Below are positions 1 to 12,986 of a stretch of DNA of 64,000 bases, piece by piece. Under the pieces are notes generated by a model. That model was not told where the DNA came from. It did no database searches and saw nothing but the letters and a program-made list of their open reading frames with translations. The DNA is from Dipteris shenzhenensis. Taxonomy: Eukaryota. Where the stretch lies: NCBI GenBank assembly GCA_047967505.1, contig CM106538.1. One strand, 5' to 3'. Both the position numbers and the translations under genes were made by a program. Each line of letters opens with the position of its first letter. Positions within the stretch are counted from its first letter, which is position 1.

Positions 1-3000
1 TCCACAACAATGAAGCTACACAAGAGGGCAGACCAAAAGCCCCATCCACCTCCAACCCCCGACAAAAGTCCAACCTCGAAGAAAGAAGAAAGCCAGCTGC
101 AGTGGTAAACTGTTGCCATTGCCCATTTCTCCGCTATAACCATCCTTCACTCAAGAAATTCGTGAACAGCAAGTACAAGCGGCTATCCTCTGTGCCCAAT
201 GCCACTTCAATTAGACCCAACGCCTAGAGGAAGTCCAAGCAGCACAGAAGACCCCATTCACCCCAGGAACGTCTCTTTTGAAACCATCTATTCCAAGAAG
301 GATAACACACCACCATCCCATGCTTTGAGCTTCAAGGTCCAATCCACCTCCCCCACCACTCGAACCCCCCAACAACTATGTCCCCACCAAACACTTGGGA
401 GTCTGAGGCAAGAAGGTTTCCTGGGTCCTAAAGATTATGGTACAAGCTGCGAAGGTTCCAAAGGCAGCAACACAAGAACCTGTGTCAACCCGAGATGCAA
501 CACCACAAGAACCTACCGACAAACCAAATGCAGTAGTAGACCAACTCCAAAGTCACAAGTACACTCTATTACCACAAATAGTCCAACTCAACACAAATAT
601 TGCCAAGCACAGCCAAGGAGTAGTACAAGAATTGACCCCTTTACTGCCAAGAGTTACACAAGAACCTCCCTTCAGTTGTGAAGGAAAACCCTCGAAAGTA
701 ATTGTGATCGTACCATCTCTAATGGTATTGACCTAATAATGAAAGCAAGGGTCTATGTCAAGGGCGGTCACACAAGAACCTACTTCCCCCAAGACAATAG
801 ACCATGCCATAACAACTAGGCCCAATGCCAATGTGCCTTTGGTGTCCAAGGTAAAACACAAGATGGACACTTACTCTATGTGGCTTTTAGCACGCTATGT
901 GGTAGCACACCATCTGTCCACATTGCATTCCTCATAGTCTAGGTCTAGGTGAGTCAGTTCGATAGGCATCTCACCTGATGTACCCACAGCCCACAAATCA
1001 CTACTGAACACGCACACACACATCCACAATCAACACTAGGTGATTAGGGTCCGTACGTCCATTTTTGCATTTTTTTTCCATCTTGCATGTTGGCCTCACA
1101 ATCAATCCCACACTGCACAAATTCACTCCACTCGTCCCCTCTCCCACTCATTCACACTCCCCCTCTTTTACTTCTCTACATAGTCAGTATCCCGCTTGTT
1201 GTTGCTATAGAAGTATCACATCGATCGTTGCAATCCCATATCACACTATCCATCGCCATTGTCAGATCATGCCGATCGTTCCCATCCCATATGCTGCCAA
1301 GCGGTGCCATCAAGGAACATGCCAATCGTAGCCCTTTTCAAATCATGTCAACCATTGTCAAAACGGTATCCCCCGACTGTTGCCATTGTCGGATCACACC
1401 GACTGTTGCCATCGTCTCACCCTACCAACCATCTCCATCGACTCACCCCGCCAATCGTTCCCATCATAAAACCCCACCGGCTATGGGGATGCAACATATA
1501 TATAATTAGGCCTTACCCCGTCGGGTTGTCACCATAGCAGTTTCCTCCAGACTCTTGCAAAATTTCCTCGAAATTCTCATAGTTTCCTTCCCTCATCTAG
1601 TGCCATCCAAAACAGCCTGTTTATGTCCTCTCACTCTTCCTTCTCCATCGACTCCCTCATCACTCAACTACCATCACTCTTCCCTATGGATCCCAAACAC
1701 AAATTTTTTGAATTCAAAACTGAGTTGGAACTCCACCCCTGCCCTATTCCATAGGCCACTGGCCACTCAGAGTCTCAAAGCATGCCTTTTGCCACAATCT
1801 GTATGCCTTCTAAATTTCCCATAGAATATTTTTAAGGGGAGGAAGAAGTGTCCAATAGACAAACCACCCAAGAGGGTACAACAATAGCTGGCACGCCCCC
1901 TGCAAGATCAAGAAAGCACACCCCAGCTCCCACAAAAGGCGAATACAAGGTTGTGCTCTCCCAATCACACTCATCGCTTGGAGAAGCCTGGGGCTCTAGG
2001 AATTGGATGTGTGTGTTGTGCACTCATGCTTCGTCTACGAGAGCCACGACCCTCCATTACCATATAGCGATGGCAGCCTATGTAGCACTTAAGGAGCCAA
2101 AGGTGCATGATGCACGCAGAGTTGTTGGCTTGAGCAGAGTGGCAAACTGCCTCCCATGCCACCTAGACATGAAACTTTTGGCAAAGTTCCTCCAAGCATA
2201 CAATTGCAACACCAACGTTGGTCTTGCGAGATGCAACAGGAATCCTCACCGCTACCAATAAATCAAGACATCGTACATGCCACTTGGACATGAAACTTTT
2301 GGTAGAGTTCCTTCAAGCGTACAATAACAACACCAACATTGTCATCTTGCGAGATGCAATAGGCACTTCCCACCACTACCAAATAGGGACGTGGTACGTG
2401 CTGCCACCTTTGGCCTACCGATCCGATCATTGACAAAAAGTAATCCACAAAGAAGAAGCTGGAGGCCTTCAGCAAGGTGTGCCACTATGATCAATAGAAG
2501 AGTAAGGCCCGAATCTACTTCACTGCCATTCACAAGCCCAAGGTGGAACGATTGGCATTTGAGCCTTGCAATGGCTAACACAAGCAAAGCACACATACCA
2601 CTATCAGTCGGTCGTGCCCAATATCTTGCTACACTTGGTGGAGCCCCAAGCTACAAATTGGGCAGACTATTTTTGCAGCTAGATGAGGAATGACCTCAAG
2701 ATGCATGGGGAAGTAATCAGCAACCCAATGCTCTACATGCCGATTCTCTACTACTTGCTGCAGTAGCATCCACTAGCCGGCTTTGGGTTGGAAAGAAAAT
2801 CAGCCACCATAGGGCTAGCATAGACAAAGCTAGAAGAGATAGAGGTCAAGCTCAAGCGAGAAAGGACAATGCCTAGTGCCACTCCAGTCGGCCATGTGCA
2901 ACTAGACCCAAGCCAGTTGCTCGCACGATATGAGGACCACCAGATGCAAGAATTCATGAGCCAACAATTGCAACTCCAGCAAGCAAAACCTCAGAACAAG

Positions 3001-5649
3001 GGCAAATAGGTTCAATAGGAGCCCATACTAATCCAAGACCTTCCAAGTGATGAAACAGTCACCATTGGCCTCCATCCAAGAGCCCAATCCACGTCGACTA
3101 CTCCTGCTATGCCCTATGTCTCGGTCTTCACAACAGCCCAAGAGACAGCATCCTTCACCCCACCAGCATCTCCTCCTCTCCATGGGCAAGCCTAATAGAG
3201 GCTCTACAGTTTTACAATGCTCCCCAATATAGGGCACCAAGTGGCTACAGCCACATGTCAGTCGAGCAACTATCACATGTGGACCTGATGGAACAACACT
3301 TATTCGAAGCCATTTCACAGCTTCCATAGGTCACATGCACAATTTTGCAAAGAAGGTAGGAAGAGGCCTCACAGCTCTTAGCAAGTCTCCTTTAGGCACA
3401 GCTCTTTGCACACGATAGTCACACCATAATGGTTGCCGCCCAAGCCATGGGTCAAGCAATTGTAGACAGGGCAGAAGAGTATCATGCAAAAGCTCAAGAG
3501 CTCAATCTAGCCCTAAAGAAGCTCAAAGATGACCTCGCCACAAGCAAATCCCTGGTCCAAACCCTAATGGACCAGGTGGACAAGGTGGAGTGTGGCCTGC
3601 AAACAACGCTAGAGCAAAAAGCGCAGGCAGAGGTGTAGTATGCCATAACACAGGAGAGCCAAGAATGATAGATCCAATCTCTACAAGATCTCCTGGCACA
3701 AGAATAGGCACTGATAGTGTCCCTCCAAGAAGAGAATGAACAACAATGCACCCTCGGCCAATTAGAAGAGTCAGGTTTGGAAGATTGGGAGTAATAGGAG
3801 TTTCAGATGTAGAGGGATGTCTCCGCATAGTTTGCCACATACACACTCGCACCATGCACCATCCCCCAAACACTCCAAATGCACTTCGATGCACAAAACC
3901 TCATCTTCCACCTAGACCTCACAGCTCCACTTCCTCCTAATGCACTCCAAATCATCCTCCATTGTCATAACACTGACCACTGCTGCCCCATCCAGCCATG
4001 TCATATTTTTTGTTGATCTGCAACCCACTTCTCTCTCTCTCCTTCGCTCCTTCGACCTCCAAACTCTAGCCTCCCATCCTATCCTTCTCAATTTCCAAGC
4101 CTAGTGCCGCATCATCACAGAGTCACTTAATTATCCAATGGACGATGAAGTGATGCAAATTGCAAAGCCCAAGGAACTCATGCCGTGGGTCTGCACCCCC
4201 AAACATTTGCAACAAACAGACATTAATTGGATGTAGACATATGGCCAAGCCTCTGTAATCCAATCTCAAGGGCACCTTGTGGCATTCCAGTCCACATCAC
4301 CTATAACCCCCTTGGCATAATAATCCTCTTCAATAGGATGCTACAAGCTCTCCAAGACTCACTTGATTCCTCAATGAGCAATTTTGAAATAATTCATGTA
4401 GCATACCCTAAGGATTTCATCGAAGGAAGAAGGCCAAGAAGCCATTGCCCTCTTTAATTCTACCACCCCACCTGCCAAAATCCCACCACCACCTTGTTTG
4501 GATCTCGCCCAACCCACCTAACAAGACACCCAACCTCGCCTCCCTCGGACAACACTGCCCAAGTATTCTTCTAATGCCTCTAACACCACCAATGCATAGC
4601 ACGAGACCTCCTTGTTTATCTCCTCTATAGATCTGATTGACCTTCTTGACACAACCTTGAACACACTGCTCAAAGCAACCAATTTTGTCCAGGCGACCAA
4701 AGAGACAACTTGAACAAGCACTGCAAAGCCAGAACCCATGCCCACTATAGATGATGAGGCTCTGCCAACTACTCTTGCCTCCCCCCCTGAAGATGTCCAA
4801 TGGCACCCTGATTTACAGTCATTTCAAGAGCTACCAGACAGTGTGCTAATGCCTCATTGGAAGCACCAACTTGAGGGCTCCCACCTCCATTTGAGCTCCA
4901 TCTATACAAAATCTTAGAGGTGTGCCCCTCCACACAATTCATCACCCAGTCCTTCAATGACTGGCAATGCGCACATCCAAAGCGCACAAGAGGAGGATAC
5001 AACCTCACCCCCAATGCTCCAATCCCAACAACGAACGATGCAGATGTCGGTCTACAGTCACAATGGCACCTTCCCTTCTTGAAGCTAGAAAAATTTTAGC
5101 GATACTACCACAGTGCCCACATCGATCGGTGAATCCACCTCCTATATATGCCAATGGAACAATGATGGACTTGGGCAAAATTCAGACAGCTCAAGCAAAC
5201 GGTCCCCAATATGTTATACAACTTTCCAAAGTGCTTCCCCCCCAAAAAGAAGACTCAGGAGGGATTTTGTGTCCACCTCTAGTCCTTCAATGACACATAT
5301 GGCTCAGTTCTCGATCCAATCATCATAGTAGCGGTCCACTTCAATCGCCTCCTCCTACTCCTTCGCAATCTCCCCACCCACACTCACCCCATCAATGATT
5401 GCTCACACAATCTAACACAACAGGTTGTCTTCAATCCTGACATTGGTCCTACTCAACTGCCGCATCTGCAATCGCTATGGACATCACATCCACACGTATG
5501 AGGATATGCACACCACTCATTTTTGGAAGTATCACTTGTACCTCACTTGCCTCACTCCATGACATCTAGACCACTATGCAGTCCTATAAACAATCCTCGC
5601 CAGACACCTCCTCCAGCGCGGCTGCAGATCAGCAACAGGAAGAGGGACA
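1..5649 (+). mobile_element. Highly decayed internal region of a probable LTR retroelement (accessory/gag-like ORF remnants)
   Basis: Many short broken plus-strand ORFs, including a coiled-coil-like one at 3429-3638. Zinc-knuckle-like CRICNRYGHHIHTY near 5458-5500. Ends in purine tract AGGAAGAGGGAC followed by ATGTTAAG, like a PPT plus LTR start. No RT or integrase motifs seen. Confidence 0.4.
2155..2385 (+). repeat. Direct duplication, ~121-bp period
   Basis: CATGCCACYT(A/G)GACATGAAACTTTTGG...CTTGCGAGATGCAA occurs at ~2155 and ~2276. Confidence 0.85.
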
Positions 5650-6438
5650 TGTTAAGATCCATAGAGTACAATCAAGAATGTAGGGTAATCAGTGATTAAA
5701 GGTGATTAGGCTTCATGATTTGCTTCAACAGAAAGAGCCATGGAAGGAGTATAGCACAAACCTAGGGAGTTTGATCCCCAAATACCCCAAGGCCAATGAT
5801 TGCAAGCAACGCGCACATTCTGATCTACTTCAACGAAAATAGCCATGGAAGGAGTACAACACAAACTCAGGGAGTTTGATCCCCAAATACCCCGAGACCA
5901 AAGTGTGTAGGCAATGTGCACAGGTGGTATGTTCTAGCTATCAAGTTGTATGTTCCAGCTATCACAATTGTATGTTCCAGCTGCAAGAAGCTGTGGTTAA
6001 CTATCTCGCGGAAGTTACGCATCGCCATTCTAGGTTTTGAGCCTCATGAATGGGGTTTGGACCAAAAATAGCTCAAGGCTTGAGGGTGCTCAATATAGAG
6101 TAAGATACAAATTATGTTATTAGTTCAAAATAAATAGTGTGAGTAAACTTTTGATTTGGGAAGGGTAATCAAAAGTTGCCCAAGTAGGCCCGCCTCATCT
6201 TGAATGCCATTTGGGGCTGATTTGGGGAAGGTGCACATGGGAGGAGAATTAATCATGGGTTAAGGGAGTGGGAGGGGAGTGGATGGATTGGGTGGTCCCT
6301 ACTATAAGGGGAACAACCAACAAGGGCTCTTTCCAGGCCTTCCCACCCTCCACCTCAACATACCATCATCCCATACCTTGGAGCACTCTCATTGGTACAC
6401 CTCGAATCCCTCCCTAATATCCTTGAAATTATTAAACA
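5650..6438 (+). repeat. Putative 3' LTR of the decayed element
   Basis: Starts TGTTAAG directly after a purine tract and may end ...TTAAACA. Contains a ~106-bp direct repeat (5735/5841), 22-bp tandem units (5928-5985) and TATAAG at ~6303. No partner LTR in the window. Confidence 0.35.
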
Positions 6439-8617
6439 CTAATTGAAGGCCCTTTTAAGACTCCATTTCTCCCAAATTGTTATAGAGAGATATTGTGAAA
6501 TTTATTATGTGAAAATGATAGTGCCAGAAAGTAAACTTTTGATTCTCTAATTACATTTTTAGAAAGTAAACTTTTCATTTGGGAAGGATTTTTAGGATTT
6601 GTCCAAATATACACAGTCAAAATTAATGAAATAACTGTTATAAATGATTGGTACAAAATATTAGTAATCGAAAAGGAAATTATGGAAAAAATTTTGGAGA
6701 TCATCAATCGATTATCTTTATCTTTGGATCAGCTAATAGAGGAAGACAATGTTTCTCTATTGGACTTTGTAGAAAAATATCTAGATACAATGATAAACTT
6801 GTTTGTATATTCCAATCTTCATCTTCCGGTGAGCCCTTTTTTGAGGATTTTCAAGAAACTATTTTTTCAGACCAATAAATGACCACTATAGTTACTCCAA
6901 AAAAGAGCTCTCTACATACATATACAAATCCTTTTTTTCCTCCATGTGTTTTGGAAGTTGAGTTGCTGGCTTATGATAATAAGGTATGGGAACTCCATGA
7001 CATGAATATTTTGGCTCCCTTTGCATCAGACATGTGGATTTTCCTAGAAAGAGACAAGCACAAACTTTCAATATCATCATTACAAACAACTATCCTCTAT
7101 CCAAGTTCTTTCCAATGCCATCCTTTGCAATCGAAAGATGCCCATTCCCAATTGGCATGTTTTGTAGATGTAAGAGCCGCATTTTTGAGGCAAAAAAGTG
7201 GACACTAAAGTATTTGAATGATATATTTAATGTTGGCCACCCTTATGTAAAGTGCAAATACCTTGAAGAAAAAGTGGATTGCAGGGCACAACCCTTATGG
7301 TTTGATCATGCGATATTGTACATGATAAATAATTTACTAGTCTTCTTTCCAAATAGGCCATTGAAAGTTGCTTTTAGTTCCTTTCTTTTATTTATCAAAG
7401 CAAGGGATATGGTTCAATTTTTCAAAGCATCTCTTAAATTCTATTACATGAGGGAGTTAGTATAGATGGTTGTAAAGAACTTCTAAAATAACCCACATGA
7501 ACCATTATTGCCTCAGCCATCTCATGGTGTGATGTCGTATGGTGAGTTGATGCTACAATCCTCTATATCATAGCACCGTAGACATTATGGTCCCACAAAT
7601 GAGAGGACAGTTTGTAGGATGCATTGGTATATGAGGGGACATGGATGTTCTTATTACTCCTTGAGAGGCCAGAACACTAGTAAGACAATGGAATGGCAAC
7701 CACCATCTGAGAGCTCAATTCGTTTAGATAGCTTGAAGTCAAAGGTAAGGCCCTCCAAGATTTTAAGAGGTGGTAAGACTATGTCATTTATAAACACAAA
7801 GAATAATAACCTCCTTGTACAACATCTACTTTATGATGACAAAAATTGACTTGTTATAGGTATGTGAAGATAAGAAAAGAAGTATGGCTGCCTTACCTCA
7901 TAGCAGAACAACTATGTTGAGTATAAGGCATAGTTCTAAACACTTTATCCATGCATTATTTGATAATCCACTCTTGGAAATGTTTGGAATCAGAAAATTA
8001 ATTAAGTTCTTATACTAATATGGATGGCACAAAGTAATTAGCATTATGAAGGACATGAACCTTGCTTATATATTCTCTAAAATTTGGCTTCATTGCTTTA
8101 TAAGCGTGGATTGACATTAGAGATGGTTTTGAGATTGTTTGTCATTGTTGCCAAATGGATGATTTCAAAAGTCTTAATAATAGAACCAAGATATCTTGGG
8201 ACACATCCCAAAAAGAATCTCATTATTAATGGGACACTAGATGCCTTATTAATGATTTGGCACCAATTAAGCTCTTTGAAACCATTATTATATGGAACAT
8301 TGGATTTACTAGAGATGGACTTTATGACCTTTTGTAGGAATTATTTGCTGCAAATGACAACCACCAAGAAATTGTGTATAACAGTGGGGAAGTTCCCCAT
8401 GGAAACCCCAACTATCAAGATAGAGATTGCAAGGTTGACAACCTCCCTATTGATTAGCCTCGACCTAAGCTTGCATTTGCAATAAAATTATATTTGAATT
8501 AGCATTATAAATATTATCAAGTAAGGATTTCCAAAGAGTTTATGATCCCACCATCCTTGGCTGATAGGTCAAGGACGTTTCACACTTCAACTTGAATTTC
8601 ATACTGGAATCTACTCA

Positions 8618-8746
8618 TTGCCTTATCTTATGGCTACCAATAAATCTCACAAAATAACATTTTGATGGATTACAAATGCCCATATTTGCATATATTTTGA
8701 AATACCTTCCTTGATCACTTTGGCATTACAAGCCTACCTAGATCTC
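8618..8746 (+). pseudogene. PLE reverse transcriptase, N-terminal motifs (left of copia insertion)
   Basis: LPYLMATNKSHKITF*WITNAHIC resembles the PLE LPxLYxxxKxHK..RxI motif; the TGA is probably from CGA (Arg). Confidence 0.75.
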
Positions 8747-9412
8747 TATTAGACATGCTCAATGCCCCACCCTCTTGGTAACCACCAGTGGTCCAACATG
8801 CTCAAGTTATAAGGCCCCCATATGAGGAGAAGCCATGTGTGAGCCCGAGACACTGGATGGATCTTGACTTGCATGTCAGATGAGGCCTATCAATGAGACT
8901 GTTGATGGTAGAAAGGTGATTGTGTGGGAGCCCCTTATTCTTGCTGGGGCCTGGAGGCTAGCTGGTTACGGGGTCCCAAGGGGACCTGTTGCTCCCCTGG
9001 TGGGGGTTCGAGGGCAACAGCCCCCGAGGCGACGGTATAGGAAATATTCCCTGAATATTCCATGGACGACTAGTTAGTTCCACCGACTAGGTTGACTGGT
9101 TGGCTCCACTGACTAGGTCAACTGGTCGACTCCACCGACTACATTGATCCAACTACTACCCTCATAGCTATAAAGAGGTGACCTCCCCAGTCCATTGTAT
9201 CAGATCAATTCAGATCAAATCAGATCTTCTAGCTAGTAGCTCTTCACCTAGTATCTATCTAGATCGCCATCTAAGCTCCACTGTGGGAGCGGTGGATGGA
9301 GCCATCATTTGTACTACATCAGTATTGAAGGAAAAGTTTATTCCTGTCTAGTTTGTTGTGTACTCTCTATTATTTTTTCAGTTTTTGTTCCACTGCGCCG
9401 TGTAATTTAACA
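8747..9412 (+). repeat. 5' LTR, copia family E
   Basis: TATTAGACATG (TG>TA) ... TAATTTAACA; aligns with 12299-12981. Confidence 0.93.
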
Positions 9413-9478
9413 TGGTATCAACGGCTCTAAGGATTGAAGAATAGAAGAGAGGCAAGGGCTTCAATAGCATACAGAGTG

Positions 9479-12270
9479 ATGGCAATAGGAAGAGGCTCCA
9501 CAGGAAGTGGTTCGAATTCAGCAGCTGTTGCTGCACCAACAATCCAAGCGTTGAGGATTTGCCCACCAACCTTCACTGAAGGCAAGCTAGATGGTATGAA
9601 CTACACTCTGTGGAAGTTTAAAATTACTGCTATTCTAGATTCATATAAGCTTTTGAAGACAGTATTGGGGACTCCATAAGGAACCCTTGACCCAGCAAAT
9701 CTGGGGAGTATGATACCTCCTAATGTAGATCTTCTATGAGCTTGAAAACATAGGAATGCAAATGCTCTGTGTGCCCTCGTTACAAGTACTACAGTTGATA
9801 GTGTTTTGACCTCAGCATACATCTAAGGAAACTGTGGCCTGGAACATAATGAAGAGTCAGTATGAGACGCGGAATCAGACAAGGATCCAGAACCTAGAGA
9901 ATCAGCTCGCAGCTAAGAAGTTTAATGAAGGAGAGACATCGGAGGTATTCATAACCTGAATCAAAAATCTACGTGATCAAATGGCTGGTGCTGGGATACA
10001 AAAGATAGTGAAGAGCTAGCTCGACGGTGTCTCCGGATATGTCCACCAAGGTTTGATGGACTAGTAACAGCACTTAACACTCAGGTGAGACCCCAACCAT
10101 TGTCATTTGAGGAGTTCTGTACTTTACCTATGAAGGAGAAATTGAGGCTTAAAGCTTGAGATGGAGGTGGCAATGGGGATGCTGCTTTCTCTACCACTGC
10201 AAAAGGCAAAGGTGGTTCCTCCACCAAAGGTAAGTCCTCTACTAGTGGTGATAAAAACAAGAAGGGCGGCAAGAAGAAGTTTTAAGGAGAATGCTTCTAC
10301 TGCAAAAAGAAGGGCCATATGATTGCAGATTGCCGGGTCAGGAACGCAGATGAAAAGAATGGTATCCTGAAGAAGACAGATAAGGGGAAAGAGACAGCTA
10401 ACATAGCGGAAGCAAAGTTGGATCTATTTCTGGCCATTGAGAAAGAGTGTTCCTTAGTTCAAGAAGCTTCAACCACTGATTCATGGGTGTTGGATAGTGG
10501 TGCCTCCCATCACATGACCTGCAAGAAGGGTCTATATTATTCCATGTAGCCTCTATAGGAACCCATAAGGGGAAAGAGACAGCTAACATAGTGGAAGCAA
10601 AGTTGGATCTATTTCTGGCCATTGAGAAAGAGTGTTCCTTAGTTCAAGAAGCTTCAAACACTGATTCATGGGTGTTGGATAGTGGTTCCTCCTGTCACAT
10701 GACCTGCAAGAAGGGTCTATATTATTCCATGTAGCCTCTATAGGAACCCATCATCATGACGGTTGGTAATAACACAAAATGCCCTGTTGAGGGTAGAGGT
10801 ATGATTTTATTTATTTCTATAAATGGAAATGTTATGAAACTATCTAATGTGCTGTATGTTCCACAAATCAAGAGAAATTTGCTATCAGTTGCTTCCATAA
10901 CTGACCTTGACCATGAGGTGAGGTTCAACAAGACAAGAGCAAAAATTCTGGATAGTGCAGGCAATCTTGTTGGCACAAGAGTAAGGAGTAACAACCTGTA
11001 TGAGCTAAGTGCTCTTATAGCCACCATTGGAGTGGGCACAAGTAGACTTTGGCACAAAAGATTTGGCCACATTGGATTTGCAGTGCTGAAGGAAATGCAA
11101 AAGCAAGGTATGGTTGCTCACTTACCTGCAGTCACAAAAATCAAAGAACCGTGTGAAGCTTGCATGATGAGCAAGCAACAAAGAAAGGCATTCCCACAAG
11201 AAAGCAAGAATATAGCAAGTGTTCCTCTAGAGTTGGTGCATGTTGACTTGTGCGATAAGATGCCTACATAGGCCTTGGGGGGATCTTCCTATTTTTTATT
11301 GATTGTCGATGACTATAGTAGGAAGATGTGGGTGTACTTTCTTTGCGAAAAGGCTTAAGCTTTTGGTAAATTTAAAGAATGGCTATAGCTTGTTGAAAAT
11401 GAAATAGGGAGAAAAGTGAAGAAAATCAGATTGGATGGTGGTGGTGAATTTGTTTCTACAGAGTTTGGAGATTTTTGCAAGAGCAAAGGGATCAAGTGAC
11501 AAACGATGACATCACATACGCCTCAGCAAAATTCAGTTGTTGAACACCGAATGTGGACCACGATGGAGATGGGGAGGTGTATGTTGAAAGGTGCTGGACT
11601 GCCAAACCATTTTTGGAATGAGGCTATCAATACTGCGGTTTACATCCTTAATCACAGGTATACAAAGGCACTCAAAGGTAAAACACCACATGAGGCTTAC
11701 AGCGGTAAGAAGCCATCTATCTCCCACTTCAGAACGTTTGGGTGTGAATGCTATGCGCATGTACCAGGCAAAGAGAGAAACAAGCTACAACCAAAAAGCA
11801 CCAAATGTATCTTCTTAGGCTATTGCAATGAGAAGAAAGCCTATAAGTTGTATGACCAAGAGGTAAAGAAGATCATAGCGAGCCGCGATGTGGTGTTCAT
11901 AGAGCAGCCACGTGCAATGGAGGCAAAGAAGAGCTCTTCCACTTTATCATCAAGCGAAGAGGTAATTCACTACGGACCTGTCCCAAGAGCTATAAAGGAG
12001 GAGAAAATATCAAATGATGAAGGTATAAGTCACCAACCTATTGTTACACCACTAGAAAAGCCATTGCCATGATGGGTAAGACAGGTCTATGACCATGATA
12101 ACCAGATGAGATTCAGTATCACTATGTGCATGATTTGATCGAGAACACGATAGTGGAATCGGTCTACTATCCAATAGAGCAAAATGGAGTAGATATCTTC
12201 ACCAAGGCTCTTGGGAAGGATCAACTTCAGGGTCATCTTCAAAGACTTGGCATTGGGCCGAGAAGGTAGT
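9479..12270 (+). pseudogene. copia gag-protease-integrase-(truncated RNaseH) pseudogene
   Basis: ORF fragments 9434-9679, 10319-10549, 10756-11271 and 11506-12072 carry copia motifs; many stops. Confidence 0.92.
10380..10749 (+). repeat. 185-bp tandem duplication covering the protease active site
   Basis: ATAAGGGGAAAGAGACAGCTAACATAG starts at 10380 and 10565. Confidence 0.92.
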
Positions 12271-12298
12271 TCATCTATGGGTGGACATTGAGGGGGCG

Positions 12299-12981
12299 TG
12301 TTAGATATGCTCAATGCCCCACCCTCCTGGTAACCACCATTGGTCCAAGGTGCTCAAGTTGTAAGGCCCCCATATGAGGAGAAGCCATGTGTGAGCCCGA
12401 GACACTGGATGGATCCTAACTTGCATGTTAGATGAGGTCTATCAATGAGATTGTTGATGGTAGAAAGGTGATTGTGTGGAAGCCCCTTATTCTTGTTGGG
12501 GCCTGGGGGCCAGTTGACCCCCAGCTGGGGGGTCCTAGGGGAGTCAGCGGCCCCCCTGGTGGGGGTTCAAGGGTGGGAGCCCCTGAGGCGATAGGATAGG
12601 GAATATTTCCTGACTATTCCATGGACAACTAGTCGGCGCGGTTCCACTGACTAGGTTGACTGGTTTGCTCCACTGACTAGGTCGACTGGTCGACTCCACC
12701 AACTACGTTGATCCGACTATCGCCCTCATAGCTATAAAGAGGCTACCTCCCTAGTCCATTGTATCAGATCAGTTCAAATCAGATCAGATCTTCCAACTAG
12801 TAGCTTTTCACCTAGCATCTTTCTAGATCACCATCTAAGCTCCACTGTGGGAGTGCACGGGTGGATAGAGCCATCATCTATACTACATCAGTATTGAAGG
12901 AAAAGTTTGTTCCTCTCCAATTTGTTGTGTACTCTCTGTTCTTTGTTTATTTTCTGTTCTGTTGTGCCGTGTAATTTAACA
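12299..12981 (+). repeat. 3' LTR, copia family E
   Basis: TGTTAGATATG...TAATTTAACA followed by TSD ATCTC. Confidence 0.95.
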
Positions 12982-12986
12982 ATCTC

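Larger units (their letters stand above)
8747..12981 (+). mobile_element. Ty1/copia LTR retrotransposon (family E), RT deleted
   Basis: LTRs 8747-9412 and 12299-12981, 5-bp TSD ATCTC (8742-8746 / 12982-12986), PBS TGGTATCA at 9413, PPT GAGGGGGCG. Gag, protease (WVLDSGASHHM), integrase (LWHKRFGH..C..C, TPQQN, CIFLGY), then a direct jump to the RNaseH C-terminus. Confidence 0.95.

Noticed and set aside
6480-8485. Endogenous giant-virus or organellar insertion (AT-rich ORFs)
   Set aside because: Better explained as the 5' part of the Penelope-like ORF; no viral or organellar hallmark seen.
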